64,000 nucleotides of DNA. Origin: a virus (lineage: Duplodnaviria > Heunggongvirae > Uroviricota > Caudoviricetes). Below the pieces are notes generated by a model that worked only from the letters and a program-made list of their open reading frames with translations, did no database searches and was not told the DNA's origin. A program made the position numbers and the translations under genes. The stretch lies in the IMG/VR virus record IMGVR_UViG_3300032335_000499, one strand, 5' to 3'. The first letter of the stretch is position 1. Each line of letters starts with the position of its first letter. Positions 9,765 to 19,369 of the stretch are shown here, in pieces.

Positions 9765-10211
9765 TTATCCGTTTAGTCTAGACTGGATTTCAAGATAGAA
9801 TTGATTGTATTTTGCATTACGATCAATATCCTTTTGAGTAATGCCCTTGAGGCGACGGATATCAGTGTTGTGACGAAGGTCACAAGACTTAACACGCATT
9901 GCGTCAAGATTAGCGAAAATCTCTAGTTTATACTCATCGTAGGTCTGACCCGGTTGCTTTGTGAGAACTCGCACAGCAGAGATAACCCGTGATGTACATC
10001 CGATTGCTTCAAGGTCTTTCCAACTAGTGCTGGTATCTTCAATAACATCGTGCAATAGTGCGATGCACTGCAATTCTTCATCATCAGTCTTGAGATAATG
10101 CATCACCTTTAGGGGGTGAAGAATGTAAGGATTGCCACCTCTGTCAAATTGACCTGCGTGAGCGTTAGTAGCGAGAACTAGGACTTTGCCGAGTAATTCA
10201 CCTTTTTTCAT
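9765..10211 (-). CDS. HD-domain phosphohydrolase
   Basis: HPLKV...HDVIEDT motif (H...HD metal-binding signature) in a 148-aa protein. Confidence 0.55.
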   Translation of the reverse strand: MKKGELLGKVLVLATNAHAGQFDRGGNPYILHPLKVMHYLKTDDEELQCIALLHDVIEDTSTSWKDLEAIGCTSRVISAVRVLTKQPGQTYDEYKLEIFANLDAMRVKSCDLRHNTDIRRLKGITQKDIDRNAKYNQFYLEIQSRLNG

Positions 10212-10241
10212 ATTTTGCTCCTTTTTCTTAGCTTATAATTA

Positions 10242-10270
10242 ACACTACACTAGTTTTGGGTAAGAGTCAA
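10242..10270 (-). promoter_or_regulatory. sigma70-like promoter TTGACT-N17-TAGTGT plus conserved leader taattataagctaagaaaaaggag
   Basis: Cassette homologous to 8444/8808 upstream of HD-domain gene. Confidence 0.45.
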
Positions 10271-10304
10271 CCAAAAAATTACCTAAGATACGATTTTTTA
10301 CTAG

Positions 10305-10502
10305 TTAATCGTAGGGGACACCGGGGTCCTGTTTACGGCCCCTATAATGATCGTCACTTACACAAACCATTTCAGCGATTTGCTTTACTTTGACCTTATT
10401 CATTGCAAGATAGCATGAAGCTTTATCTTTATACTGAAATTGTTTCCTACTGATAAACTCACCTTCCGGCGTCAGAAAGAAAATTATCAGCCAAAACTTC
10501 AC
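10305..10502 (-). CDS. small hypothetical protein, paralog of 10499..10699
   Basis: MKFWLIIFFLTPEGEFISRK vs MSFWLIVYLFTQEGEFVAKD: clear paralogy with adjacent gene. Confidence 0.35.
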   Translation of the reverse strand: MKFWLIIFFLTPEGEFISRKQFQYKDKASCYLAMNKVKVKQIAEMVCVSDDHYRGRKQDPGVPYD

Positions 10503-10699
10503 TGGTCAAGTCCACGCTGAATGCGATAGTCTTCATCGCTAGTGCAATAAAACTGCGCTTGCAAATCGCTGTTGACAATGGTCTTAGCAACTTGACCAGC
10601 AAACTCTACGCACTGCTCTTTGTTAGCAGTTTCATAGATATCCTTAGCGACAAACTCGCCTTCCTGTGTAAACAGGTATACAATCAACCAAAAACTCAT
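10499..10699 (-). CDS. small hypothetical protein, paralog of 10305..10502
   Basis: see previous. Confidence 0.35.
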   Translation of the reverse strand: MSFWLIVYLFTQEGEFVAKDIYETANKEQCVEFAGQVAKTIVNSDLQAQFYCTSDEDYRIQRGLDQ

Positions 10700-10986
10700 T
10701 ACTTATACTCCTTAAACCATTTGAGGACATTCTGTTTATTCTTATCAAAGAACGAAACATCCATACCGAAATGCTTCTTACTCTTGAAAATCTTGCCCTG
10801 CCAAGCATAACCGCCTGCATTCTTAGGGCGATACGTCCACTTAAGCTGACCCACAACTTCACCATCACACTTGATAGCAAAGGTATGAAACTTTTCATTT
10901 CCAAGGTCAGCAAAACCGTCACGAACTTTAGCGAGAGTCCACATAGACAATATCCTTATTAGAATTAAGAGGCCTGCAAACAGCAT
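10699..10986 (-). CDS. hypothetical protein (95 aa)
   Basis: ORF, start overlaps upstream stop. Confidence 0.4.
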   Translation of the reverse strand: MLFAGLLILIRILSMWTLAKVRDGFADLGNEKFHTFAIKCDGEVVGQLKWTYRPKNAGGYAWQGKIFKSKKHFGMDVSFFDKNKQNVLKWFKEYK

Positions 10987-11192
10987 TGATCCCAGTACGC
11001 CATTTCTTTGGCAACAGAACGAACACCCTGCTCATCAAGATACACGGTGCGACCATCGTGAGTGCGAACGATAATATCCTGAATGTACTCTTCGGGATCA
11101 TCAGTGCGGAACATAAACGCACCGACTACGAGAACTTCGTTGCCCCGTGCATCGTAGCTATAACCTTGAACCATTTCACCGACTTGAAACAT
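10965..11192 (-). CDS. hypothetical protein (75 aa)
   Basis: ORF preceded by conserved leader/GGAG and promoter at 11224. Confidence 0.4.
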   Translation of the reverse strand: MFQVGEMVQGYSYDARGNEVLVVGAFMFRTDDPEEYIQDIIVRTHDGRTVYLDEQGVRSVAKEMAYWDQCCLQAS

Positions 11193-11223
11193 TTTATATC
11201 TCCGTTTTCTCAGCTTATAATTA

Positions 11224-11252
11224 ATACTACACTAGTTTTGGGTAGATGTCAA
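11224..11252 (-). promoter_or_regulatory. sigma70-like promoter TTGACA-N17-TAGTAT plus conserved leader
   Basis: revcomp of atactacactagttttgggtagatgtcaa; downstream attataagctgagaaaacggagat. Confidence 0.5.
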
Positions 11253-11314
11253 CTAAAATCGTGCCAGCCACAAAAAAAGGTAGAGCCGGTTAGGGCCCTA
11301 CCGATTTTTATATA

Positions 11315-11917
11315 TTATGCTTCGTAAAAAATATGAAGACCAATACGTGTTACTCTATCAAACTTGCGAGACCAGCTGGGCCTTACATAGGTTGCGTGGT
11401 AGAACAATGCATCATCTAATCCATGAATACGCTTACCATTTTCTAGAACATCACGAGCAATGCGCTTAGCTTCAATCCAGCTTTCACCTCGAGGGGTGGT
11501 CCAGCGTCTACCGTGATAGTTAGCCCAAGAAAATTGATAAGGTTCAAAAACTACCGAACACACCGTGTCTTTATACTGCGGTGATTTCATTCTGTTAATA
11601 GTAACTTGCGCTACTGCATATTTACCCAGTGTAGGTTCAGATCCGGCTTCGTGATAAATGTTCTTCGCCATGCAGAATAAATCCTGCTTGCTGTAGCGAA
11701 CGTCATCGTCGGTTTTGACAATCTGTAGGAATTTGGGCTTTACCGGAGCGACGGGTGTCACTTCTATCGGTTTAATTTGTTCGGCTTTTTCTTTGTACAC
11801 TGATGCTTGTACATCTTGTGGACGGAGCATCGTGAATTGCATGGCTGATAGTATCATAAGAAATGCTATAAATGTTTGCCACGGGAATAGCAAGTCTTGT
11901 TCTTTAATTGAATACAT
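11315..11917 (-). CDS. cell-wall hydrolase (SleB-like) with N-terminal TM helix
   Basis: C-terminal half resembles SleB/cell wall hydrolase fold (..RMKSPQYKDTVCSVVFEPYQFSW..FYHATYVRPSW); hydrophobic N-terminus. Confidence 0.5.
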   Translation of the reverse strand: MYSIKEQDLLFPWQTFIAFLMILSAMQFTMLRPQDVQASVYKEKAEQIKPIEVTPVAPVKPKFLQIVKTDDDVRYSKQDLFCMAKNIYHEAGSEPTLGKYAVAQVTINRMKSPQYKDTVCSVVFEPYQFSWANYHGRRWTTPRGESWIEAKRIARDVLENGKRIHGLDDALFYHATYVRPSWSRKFDRVTRIGLHIFYEA

Positions 11918-12264
11918 TTTATTTCCTTAATTGGGCCGCTTCATGATTCTACAGACTGTACGCATTTCAACAAAGTTGAAACATCTGTTAATCTACTAAA
12001 GTAGCACTTCCATCAATACAATATTGAAAGGATAAACCATATCAACTGATATGGTTTACAGACCCTTTACCTTGTAAAGTATGGCAATTAACTGAAATAT
12101 CAGTTAATCAAGGGTAAACATTGTATTAAGATGTTTATCCTTGCGTTTATAAAGAAGCTTTGATTGTACAATCTTTGGTTTGAAGGGACTGTTACTTGCG
12201 TAAAGTTCAATCGCCCGTGTTTTACGACGAGTCAAAGATGGTGCTTTCTTCTTCATAATAAGCT

Positions 12265-12293
12265 ATTATACTAAACTTGACATCAAATGTCAA
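12265..12293 (-). promoter_or_regulatory. sigma70-like promoter TTGACA-N17-TATAAT
   Basis: plus strand attata(12265-70)...17 nt...tgtcaa(12288-93); small basic 50-aa ORF (~12103..12255) lies downstream. Confidence 0.45.
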
Positions 12294-12363
12294 TAGTATT
12301 TAAGAGGATAGCACCCCTATAATATGCTTTTATTAAGTCAGTTCGTCTTGTTTAAAACACGGT

Positions 12364-12687
12364 TCAACTGCGGTGAACCGTGAAGTCTACACACTTCACC
12401 GATTTCTTAGTGAAGCTGCGCCAGCCTTGAACATCAAGGTCAAAGACAGCCATTGTTTCAGTTGAAACCTTACGTTCAGTCTTAGTTTCAGTGCTTTCCT
12501 GTACAGGAAGCTTTGCAGGATCAAGAGTACAGCGCATTACACGCTCGGTGCCGTCCTTCTTAGTGAAGGTGATCTTAATCTCTTGTTCACGCATGACTGT
12601 CTTGAGACGGTCAAAGAAGATTTCAGCACCTTCATCAGTCCATTCATCATCAATTGCGGGGAGTTCAGTAAAAGTTACATTCTGCAT
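12364..12687 (-). CDS. hypothetical protein (107 aa)
   Basis: ORF only. Confidence 0.4.
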   Translation of the reverse strand: MQNVTFTELPAIDDEWTDEGAEIFFDRLKTVMREQEIKITFTKKDGTERVMRCTLDPAKLPVQESTETKTERKVSTETMAVFDLDVQGWRSFTKKSVKCVDFTVHRS

Positions 12688-12837
12688 TATTTTATCCTTT
12701 AAGTTTAGTCATAATATTGTTTCGTTCAGTGTCAGTCATGTTTGACCAACGAGCGATTTCGTCAAGTGTGCGACCACACCCCGCACACTTTTTAGTAAGA
12801 CTATCAATCTTACATAGTTGTATGCAGGGTGTAATCA

Positions 12838-13170
12838 TCAAATTTTAGGCATAGTAGGCTTACGAATCTTTAGAATCTTACGATCCTCTTCGCTAAGACG
12901 ATCCCAAGCCCGTTGCTTGATTTCGTAAACTCTCCAAGCTTCCTTACGCTTCTCAACAGTAGCATTAGCCTGCTTTACAGTCTTAGACCACCATTCGCGG
13001 CTTTCATCGTCACGAAGGAACAAGAAGGCAGCGTGGCCTGACTTAACAAGCGAAACCATTGACTTACGCAGGATACGCTCATTCACATTCAGATAATTCT
13101 TCCTGTCGGTGTTATGAAGGATTTCTTCATACACTTCGGGAGCAATCTGTAGTTCATTGTCTTCCATCAC
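12838..13170 (-). CDS. hypothetical protein (110 aa)
   Basis: ORF only. Confidence 0.4.
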   Translation of the reverse strand: MMEDNELQIAPEVYEEILHNTDRKNYLNVNERILRKSMVSLVKSGHAAFLFLRDDESREWWSKTVKQANATVEKRKEAWRVYEIKQRAWDRLSEEDRKILKIRKPTMPKI

Positions 13171-13616
13171 CGCTTTCCCTTCCTTACCAAACCGAATGCT
13201 TCAAGTTCTTCCTTGGTCAGTTTGGTCATAACTTCTTCACGCAGTGCCTTTTCAGCGGCTTGCTTTTCGGCTAGCTTAGCTAAGCGAATCTTTTCCTGTT
13301 CGGCTCTCTTGAGCCTAGCAGCCCTTTCAGACTGAATATTATACCAAAACTGCCGTACAGCTTTGTTCTTCTTAATCAATGTTTCAAAAGGGACACCATC
13401 CGCATATGCTTCAAGTACCGCGGTAGCTACCTCTTTGCTATTAGTATCTTCGTAATAGCCTCTACTATAGGAGTATGCCATGTCACTTGCCTCATCTATC
13501 CAACTATTATTCGCAGATTTTCCATAGCCACGCTGACTTAAAATCTGTTTAATCAAATCAGTATAATCGTTCTCATTCATAAGATTCACTATACTACAAT
13601 AGTTAGGTGTTGTCAA
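13167..13616 (-). CDS. hypothetical protein (149 aa), coiled-coil C-terminus
   Basis: ORF; 4-nt overlaps with neighbours. Confidence 0.4.
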   Translation of the reverse strand: MTTPNYCSIVNLMNENDYTDLIKQILSQRGYGKSANNSWIDEASDMAYSYSRGYYEDTNSKEVATAVLEAYADGVPFETLIKKNKAVRQFWYNIQSERAARLKRAEQEKIRLAKLAEKQAAEKALREEVMTKLTKEELEAFGLVRKGKR

Positions 13617-14041
13617 CCGATTATTTGTTCAATCAGCTTTTTTTGACGGATAGAAACATCATATTCCCAGGGTAGCTGCATATACTCTTTGTATGAGATT
13701 TTAGCAGGATCCACTTTATATGTCTTGCCCTCCCATACATATAGTCCTGTTCTACTGACTGCTAACTTTCCCTCATACATTTGACTTAGGTGTATCAGTT
13801 CATGCGTTATAGGATAGATTATCTCTTTAACAGACAGGTCTAGATTTATAGTGATAACACGATTGATGCCGGGCTTGAGAATCGCTTCTCCGTAGGTTCC
13901 AGGACCCAAGTTGGCAAAGTGAACTTCGATGTAGTCTGGCAGGTTTAAACATAAAGAGGCAGCCTGACATAAGCGTTCGGCTATAGTAGCTTTGGCTATA
14001 TCAGGCTGTGAGTCTTTGGAGAATACAACTTTAATGTTCAT
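13613..14041 (-). CDS. putative HExxH zinc metallopeptidase-like protein
   Basis: ITHELIHL motif (HExxH) in 142-aa protein. Confidence 0.35.
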   Translation of the reverse strand: MNIKVVFSKDSQPDIAKATIAERLCQAASLCLNLPDYIEVHFANLGPGTYGEAILKPGINRVITINLDLSVKEIIYPITHELIHLSQMYEGKLAVSRTGLYVWEGKTYKVDPAKISYKEYMQLPWEYDVSIRQKKLIEQIIG

Positions 14042-14049
14042 TCATTTAT

Positions 14050-14616
14050 TTAATCTATGGCAGGTCCGTTACCATTACGGAAACCGACCTGCCCGCCCTG
14101 ATCCTTAATCTTCTGCAATACGTTCTCAAACGAAATGGGCCGGTAGTCTGTCTGCTCAACGCAAACGCAGAAGTAGTCAGGGTCGATGTTACCATCAGAG
14201 TCTAACACACGATTGCCGTGAGTATGACCGTGAATGTTAGCACCAAAACGAGCAATACTGTCCTTATGAACAGGGATATGTGATAGGATGCAACCGTTCA
14301 TCACACCATAAGAGCGAATATCACGGAAGTACTTCACATAGTCAGCCAAACGAAAGATATCGTGGTTGCCCTTGTACAGAACCTTATCACCGTTCAAACG
14401 ATCCAAGATGGGCAAAAACTTACGATTGATAACGACATCACCCAAGTGATAGACCTTATCTTTTGGACCTACGGTTTCGTTCCACCGCTTGATCATTTCT
14501 TCGTTCATTTCTTCAACGTCATCCCATGGCCGCACAGGAGAACCATCATAGTTTGTGAACTTGCAAATACCAGCATGACCCCAGTGGGTATCACTTGTCA
14601 AAAATACATTTGGCAT
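14050..14616 (-). CDS. calcineurin-like metallophosphoesterase (Ser/Thr phosphatase family)
   Basis: SDTHWGH...GDVV...GNHD...HGHTH motif series. Confidence 0.6.
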   Translation of the reverse strand: MPNVFLTSDTHWGHAGICKFTNYDGSPVRPWDDVEEMNEEMIKRWNETVGPKDKVYHLGDVVINRKFLPILDRLNGDKVLYKGNHDIFRLADYVKYFRDIRSYGVMNGCILSHIPVHKDSIARFGANIHGHTHGNRVLDSDGNIDPDYFCVCVEQTDYRPISFENVLQKIKDQGGQVGFRNGNGPAID

Positions 14617-14674
14617 GATTCTTCCTTTCTATAATCTGTTATATATGGTTTTGGGTAGAATGTCAACTGTTAAG

Positions 14675-15553
14675 TTAGATATACGGGGGAGAATTTAAAA
14701 TAAAATTAAGTCTGGGGTCGCCGAACATATTTTCATATGGATAACGAAACAGCCAGTCAAACGGCCTTGCTGAGGCTTTGTTGCCAAACTTTAATCTATT
14801 TTTAGGATCATCTTTAACATAGGTATGACTATCATAATGTTCTTTGAATTTCTCAAATCCAGTGAACTTCTGCTCCTGGGGTATTACCGGGAAACCAACT
14901 AAATTATATACACGTGCCTTACGCCGGTATGCCAATTTTTCTAGCTCATTGATTTGATCAAAATTATATTGCTTAAAACCGTGCATACTGTATGCTAATT
15001 CTGGCGTATGTAAGAAAAAATAAGGGATTGTATTTTGTCCCTCACTTGTTCTGCTATATCGGTATATTCCTAAGATAGCATGACTCAATACCGCAGATCC
15101 TGTCATTAAGAAGTTTCCAGAAAAAACATTAGTTCCAGTAAACATAGTTGCCATCTTAATGTGCATGGATATCTGCGGGCTACTGCACTTGTATTTTTTT
15201 GCTATACCATCATATTCTTCTTCTAAGAACTTGAAGTAATCAAAATCTACAATAGTGTAAGGTATGCTTTCCCGCTCACAAAATAAGAATAGCGTTTTTA
15301 TATCATGCATGTTGTAGGTTTGGTTGTAACGAAAAGTGTATACATTGAATGGGTGATTTGATATTTTCCAAGCATAAAGCATTGCCTGACTGTCTATCCC
15401 GCCGCTCACGAATAAGTTATACGGCGGGGGATAGTTGGCTACAATATCATTGACTGCTTCTACCGCTGCTTGGATAGGCGATTTTACGGTTTCTTTAAAT
15501 TCAGAAACCGTAAAATCTAACAGTTGATCTTTTATCTTAACCCAAGAGTGCAT
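14675..15553 (-). CDS. PP-loop superfamily ATP pyrophosphatase (PAPS-reductase / QueC / TilS-like)
   Basis: SGGIDS P-loop motif (FVSGGIDSQAMLYAW) near N-terminus of 292-aa protein. Confidence 0.45.
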   Translation of the reverse strand: MHSWVKIKDQLLDFTVSEFKETVKSPIQAAVEAVNDIVANYPPPYNLFVSGGIDSQAMLYAWKISNHPFNVYTFRYNQTYNMHDIKTLFLFCERESIPYTIVDFDYFKFLEEEYDGIAKKYKCSSPQISMHIKMATMFTGTNVFSGNFLMTGSAVLSHAILGIYRYSRTSEGQNTIPYFFLHTPELAYSMHGFKQYNFDQINELEKLAYRRKARVYNLVGFPVIPQEQKFTGFEKFKEHYDSHTYVKDDPKNRLKFGNKASARPFDWLFRYPYENMFGDPRLNFILNSPPYI

Positions 15554-15583
15554 ACAATTTAATAATTTAAGATAACATCTTCT

Positions 15584-17194
15584 TTAATTAGCGCAGGAGC
15601 AAGCCTTGCCACAGTAACATGACACAAAAGTTGGACAAGTTCTGAAGGAGCAATCACCGGGGGAACCGCATGCAAAGGATGTGCAGGCATTATTCAATTC
15701 GTACGGTATAATTTCATTTACATCCATCGGAATACGGTCAAGATTTGTATTAGTAATTGCAATCTCAAGTTCAGCATCACTAGAATTTCCATCTATGTCA
15801 GTAACAGTTAGTGAGATAAAATGTGCTGCGGTGTCACCTTCAATCGATTCAACATATCCTGCTAGAATTCCGTGATTATTAATGGCAAATCCCGGTGGCA
15901 GCGGATCATGCACCACAACCGACGAGACTACTGCCGGATTAAATAAAGTCGTTCTACAGAGCAGTCCTACTACTACTGTCGCAAATAATTCGGGTTTTGG
16001 ACCAACGTTATAATACGGGTCAACTATGTTAGTAATTAACATACTAGCCTTATTAGGAGAATTTTCGTACTTTGGATCATTCAAATCTAGTAAACCGTTT
16101 TTAGAAAAATATGACAGATTGTTTCTGGTTGCATCATTCCAAATTGAATTAATATTATCATCAAACTTATAGGCTGATAGAGTCACGTTGTACGCAATAA
16201 TTGCTGAATGAATTGCTGCTGCTACTGATGTTCCAGCAGAATATGCATATCCACCATCTAGCGTAGCAGTGTAGATATTTTCTCCGGGTGCCCAGCCTGA
16301 GAGTTTTCCTCCGTTTGTACTCCCTGCAGTCACGCTTATTGCAGATGTTCCTGTATAATCAGAGAAGTTTGAAGGTTGTAACATAGCGTTGTATGAACCA
16401 ACTACGATTGATTCCGGCATTGCAGCAGGAGTAACATCTCCGATATCGGATCCGTCATTACCGGCAGCAACTACAATTTGAACGCCTGCTAAGAATAACT
16501 TTTGCATTTTTGCTTCTACGTATTCGTTTCTTGCAATTTCCCAGCTACAGTTCATAATACCGTATGCGTTAACTGCAATAAAGTCGGTGTATATTGCATC
16601 CATTGCGCTTAAAAAGTCGCTTAACTTAGTAGGGGCGGTGGTATCAAATAGTTTAACTACCTTTAATTTTGCATTAGTAATTCCGCATGTTTTCCCTACG
16701 ATGAGACTGGCTAGTGCAGTACCGTGACCTTTTCGGTCAACAAAATCTTCATTGAATGAAAACAAGTTCTCTATGTCTGCGTCTGCAAATTCTACGTGAT
16801 CGGCTTTGATGCCGCTGTCTACTAGATAAACAATAGAGCCGGCACCACTTAGTGGTAACTCAAAACTTTCTGCATCTAAATCCACTACCGATCCACTGTA
16901 AACTTTCCACCAATCTTGTTGTTCAGCAATAACTACGGTTGTACTACCTTCATCAGATAACGTAGGATGTTCAATAGGAATAGTAGTTAAAAGCTTAATG
17001 TGATTGGTGTGATCATGATCATCTTTGATGTGTTCCACAATGTCATTGGCTGGCGGCTCGGTTAAACATTCTACTAGCACTACTTTTTCAAATGCGCTGA
17101 AAGTTTTAATTACCGTTGCTCCACATGCACTTAGATATTCATTGATATCTGCATCGGTAGCGTCATTAACGAAGTCAATAATATAGTGTGACAT
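15584..17194 (-). CDS. subtilisin-like serine protease (S8) with Cys-rich C-terminal tail
   Basis: Catalytic-triad contexts DSGI, HGTALAS, GTSVAAA; C-terminus CGSPGDCSFRTCPTFVSCYCGKACSCAN. Confidence 0.6.
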   Translation of the reverse strand: MSHYIIDFVNDATDADINEYLSACGATVIKTFSAFEKVVLVECLTEPPANDIVEHIKDDHDHTNHIKLLTTIPIEHPTLSDEGSTTVVIAEQQDWWKVYSGSVVDLDAESFELPLSGAGSIVYLVDSGIKADHVEFADADIENLFSFNEDFVDRKGHGTALASLIVGKTCGITNAKLKVVKLFDTTAPTKLSDFLSAMDAIYTDFIAVNAYGIMNCSWEIARNEYVEAKMQKLFLAGVQIVVAAGNDGSDIGDVTPAAMPESIVVGSYNAMLQPSNFSDYTGTSAISVTAGSTNGGKLSGWAPGENIYTATLDGGYAYSAGTSVAAAIHSAIIAYNVTLSAYKFDDNINSIWNDATRNNLSYFSKNGLLDLNDPKYENSPNKASMLITNIVDPYYNVGPKPELFATVVVGLLCRTTLFNPAVVSSVVVHDPLPPGFAINNHGILAGYVESIEGDTAAHFISLTVTDIDGNSSDAELEIAITNTNLDRIPMDVNEIIPYELNNACTSFACGSPGDCSFRTCPTFVSCYCGKACSCAN

Positions 17195-17472
17195 TAAATT
17201 TTATCCTCTGATTCTCTAATAAACTTTCCCCATTTTCCAACGGGACATTCCGCATTTGGAAGACGTGTTTTTGCCTTCATGAAACACCCGCACTTTTTGC
17301 ACTGGGAAGTTAGTGAAATAAAATGTTCGCACGAATGACAGATATCAAAACGCACTTTACTTTCCTCTGCCGAAAGAGGAGTTACTGTTCGCTTTAAATT
17401 CTTTACTCGTTCTTTTAGATGTTCTAACATATGTTTATTTATCATTAATGGATAGCAAATAAATAATATCAT
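17194..17472 (-). CDS. small Cys-rich zinc-binding protein
   Basis: CHSCEHF..CKKCGCF..C pattern in 92 aa; translationally coupled to protease gene. Confidence 0.35.
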   Translation of the reverse strand: MILFICYPLMINKHMLEHLKERVKNLKRTVTPLSAEESKVRFDICHSCEHFISLTSQCKKCGCFMKAKTRLPNAECPVGKWGKFIRESEDKI

Positions 17473-17914
17473 GCATCTAGAAAAAATATCGTTTGATCAA
17501 ATATTGCCAATATGGAACAACTATCTGTGGCCGGAGAGAGTCAGCGAAATTACTCCTACAAGTGCTATGTGTTATCTGGGCGGGTATGATTTAGTAAACA
17601 TGGATAGCATGCCAACCTTCTTTGCTTACATGATAGATGGGGAAATAGCCGGTGTGAACAGCGGGCACATGTGCAATGGAAAACATTATCGATCCAGGGG
17701 ACTATATGTGTTCGACAAATATCGGGGAAATGGGCTAGGTACCATATTGTTGAAGGCAACAATTGAGCAGGCGATTGTAGAAAATGCATCAATGTGCTGG
17801 AGCTACCCTAAAGATACCAGTTGGAAATCTTATTCTAGAGCAGGATATAGATTAGCTAGTGATTTTGAAATCAGTGAGAACGGCACTAATGCTTATTGTA
17901 CAATTGAACTTTAG
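17471..17914 (+). CDS. GNAT-family N-acetyltransferase
   Basis: YRGNGLGTILL (acetyl-CoA binding R/Q-x-x-G-x-G/A) motif; sole + strand gene in this block. Confidence 0.5.
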   Translation: MHLEKISFDQILPIWNNYLWPERVSEITPTSAMCYLGGYDLVNMDSMPTFFAYMIDGEIAGVNSGHMCNGKHYRSRGLYVFDKYRGNGLGTILLKATIEQAIVENASMCWSYPKDTSWKSYSRAGYRLASDFEISENGTNAYCTIEL

Positions 17915-18402
17915 TACCACTCACCTTCGTTACGCATTCGTCTAATGAAAGTGCAGAATACACTAGTAACGCCGTAGCAACGCAACTTAACGGTGCTAAG
18001 CATCGCTCTATCAGTGATCTCCGGAAGATATACAATACTGTTATTGTCAATAGGAACCGTTCCAGGAACGATTGTTTGACCACCTGTGCTTGTAGTAGGG
18101 CTTGCTTCTGTAGCGACATTACCAAATATGAACACGTTAGGATATAGCTTTCTAGGCTGGGCTAGTAGATAGTCATATGCATCTTGATTCTGGCAGTTAA
18201 GCCAAAATCTTACACCTTGTAGATATTTGTCTGTAACTTCTATCCAATCATTCTCTCTACCGAGATACAACTTATCATCGAATCTCCACACATCAGCCAT
18301 AACAGAATATCCGTTGTTGAACGCGGTTGTTATCTGACTAGGCGTGTTGGCATCCTCAAAGTTCTGCCCGTTATATATACCTTGATATGAAATAATCAGC
18401 AT
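17911..18402 (-). CDS. hypothetical protein (start moved to MLIISYQGIY; ORF-track N-terminus is read-through of tRNA-Gly)
   Basis: ORF track extension overlaps tRNA at 18469..18543. Confidence 0.4.
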   Translation of the reverse strand: MLIISYQGIYNGQNFEDANTPSQITTAFNNGYSVMADVWRFDDKLYLGRENDWIEVTDKYLQGVRFWLNCQNQDAYDYLLAQPRKLYPNVFIFGNVATEASPTTSTGGQTIVPGTVPIDNNSIVYLPEITDRAMLSTVKLRCYGVTSVFCTFIRRMRNEGEWY

Positions 18403-18468
18403 GAAGTATTTATGCAGCCACAAAAATACCCCCGAGTGCGAATGCACTGGGGGTACCGTATTAAGATT

Positions 18469-18543
18469 TGGAGCGGATGATGGGATTCGAACCCACGACC
18501 TTCTGCTTGGCAAGCAGAAGCTCTACCCCTGAGCTACATCCGC
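18469..18543 (-). tRNA. tRNA-Gly(GCC)
   Basis: Cloverleaf read by eye: GCGGATG acceptor, GGTTCGAATCC T-arm, anticodon loop TTGCCAA, CCA encoded. Confidence 0.75.
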
Positions 18544-18668
18544 GCTCTAACTTATAGACACATACGTCCTGCACAGCTGGATAGGCATTTATCGTCTTTG
18601 ACAGCAGTCCTAGTATGTATAATGATATGTGCCGTCCCCGGAATGTTTCACATAACATCGTCTAACTC

Positions 18669-18742
18669 TGGAGCGGAATGCGGGAATCGAACCCGCCTAG
18701 CTAGCTTGGAAGGCTAGTGCATTACCACTATGCTAATCCCGC
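18669..18742 (-). tRNA. tRNA-Gly(TCC)
   Basis: T-arm GGTTCGATTCC; anticodon loop CTTCCAA. Confidence 0.7.
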
Positions 18743-18752
18743 ATTCTATAAT

Positions 18753-18828
18753 TGGTTGCGCAGAGGAGAGTCGAACTCCTAGCGATAGGTTATGAGCCTA
18801 TCATGTTACCGTTACACTACCGCGCGCC
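18753..18828 (-). tRNA. tRNA with CAT anticodon (Met / fMet / Ile-lysidine), copy 1
   Basis: anticodon stem ATAGG/CCTAT loop CTCATAA; T-loop TTCGACT; acceptor pairing imperfect in my reading. Confidence 0.55.
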
Positions 18829-19298
18829 ATTTTTCTTTAAAACTATTTTGAAGAACACACTATAAACTCTACTGCGTAATATGCCGAAACGCCCATAGAG
18901 TCAGTCTTTCGGTCCACACTGTAGTGTATTCATCAAAATAGTCTAATATTATTTAGTCTATTTATAACCCACCCTGAGATTACGGGCTTGTAGCGAGAGT
19001 CTTTGGTCATTACCGAATCCCTTGCGAGGACCGTTCTACCGTTATCCACTAGGGCTTTTTACAGTCACCTAGTAACTCTCAATGCTGCCTTTTTTAGAGT
19101 CTGGCGTTTGACTCGTCGCATATGTCTACTCGACCATCTATCTTTCGCTAGCCTTGCGGGCTATTCAAGGTCGCTAAACCCTTACGCTTTCTTTCCGATC
19201 AATCAGTTCAGCCTTGCGAGCCTTCCTGAACCACATTCCCTTGCGAGTGAGGTATTAAGCATCTTTAAACATATACCGGAGCAGACTTTCGCTTTTGT

Positions 19299-19369
19299 AG
19301 TGCAATACAGGAGTTGAACCTATATCGATTCCTTATTATGGAATTGACTTACCATTAGTCAAATTGCGA
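19299..19369 (-). tRNA. degenerate tRNA-like element (intact D, anticodon and T arms; loop ATAATAA, acceptor with 2 mismatches) - possible pseudo-tRNA
   Basis: GACT/AGTC D-stem, ATTCC/GGAAT anticodon stem, ATAGG-TTCAACT-CCTGT T-arm; no CCA. Confidence 0.25.

Noticed and set aside
12277-12322. Plus-strand TTGACA / TATAAT boxes near 12277-12322
   Set aside because: No + strand gene lies downstream. The same sequence read on the - strand gives a properly spaced TTGACA-N17-TATAAT promoter (annotated at 12265..12293).
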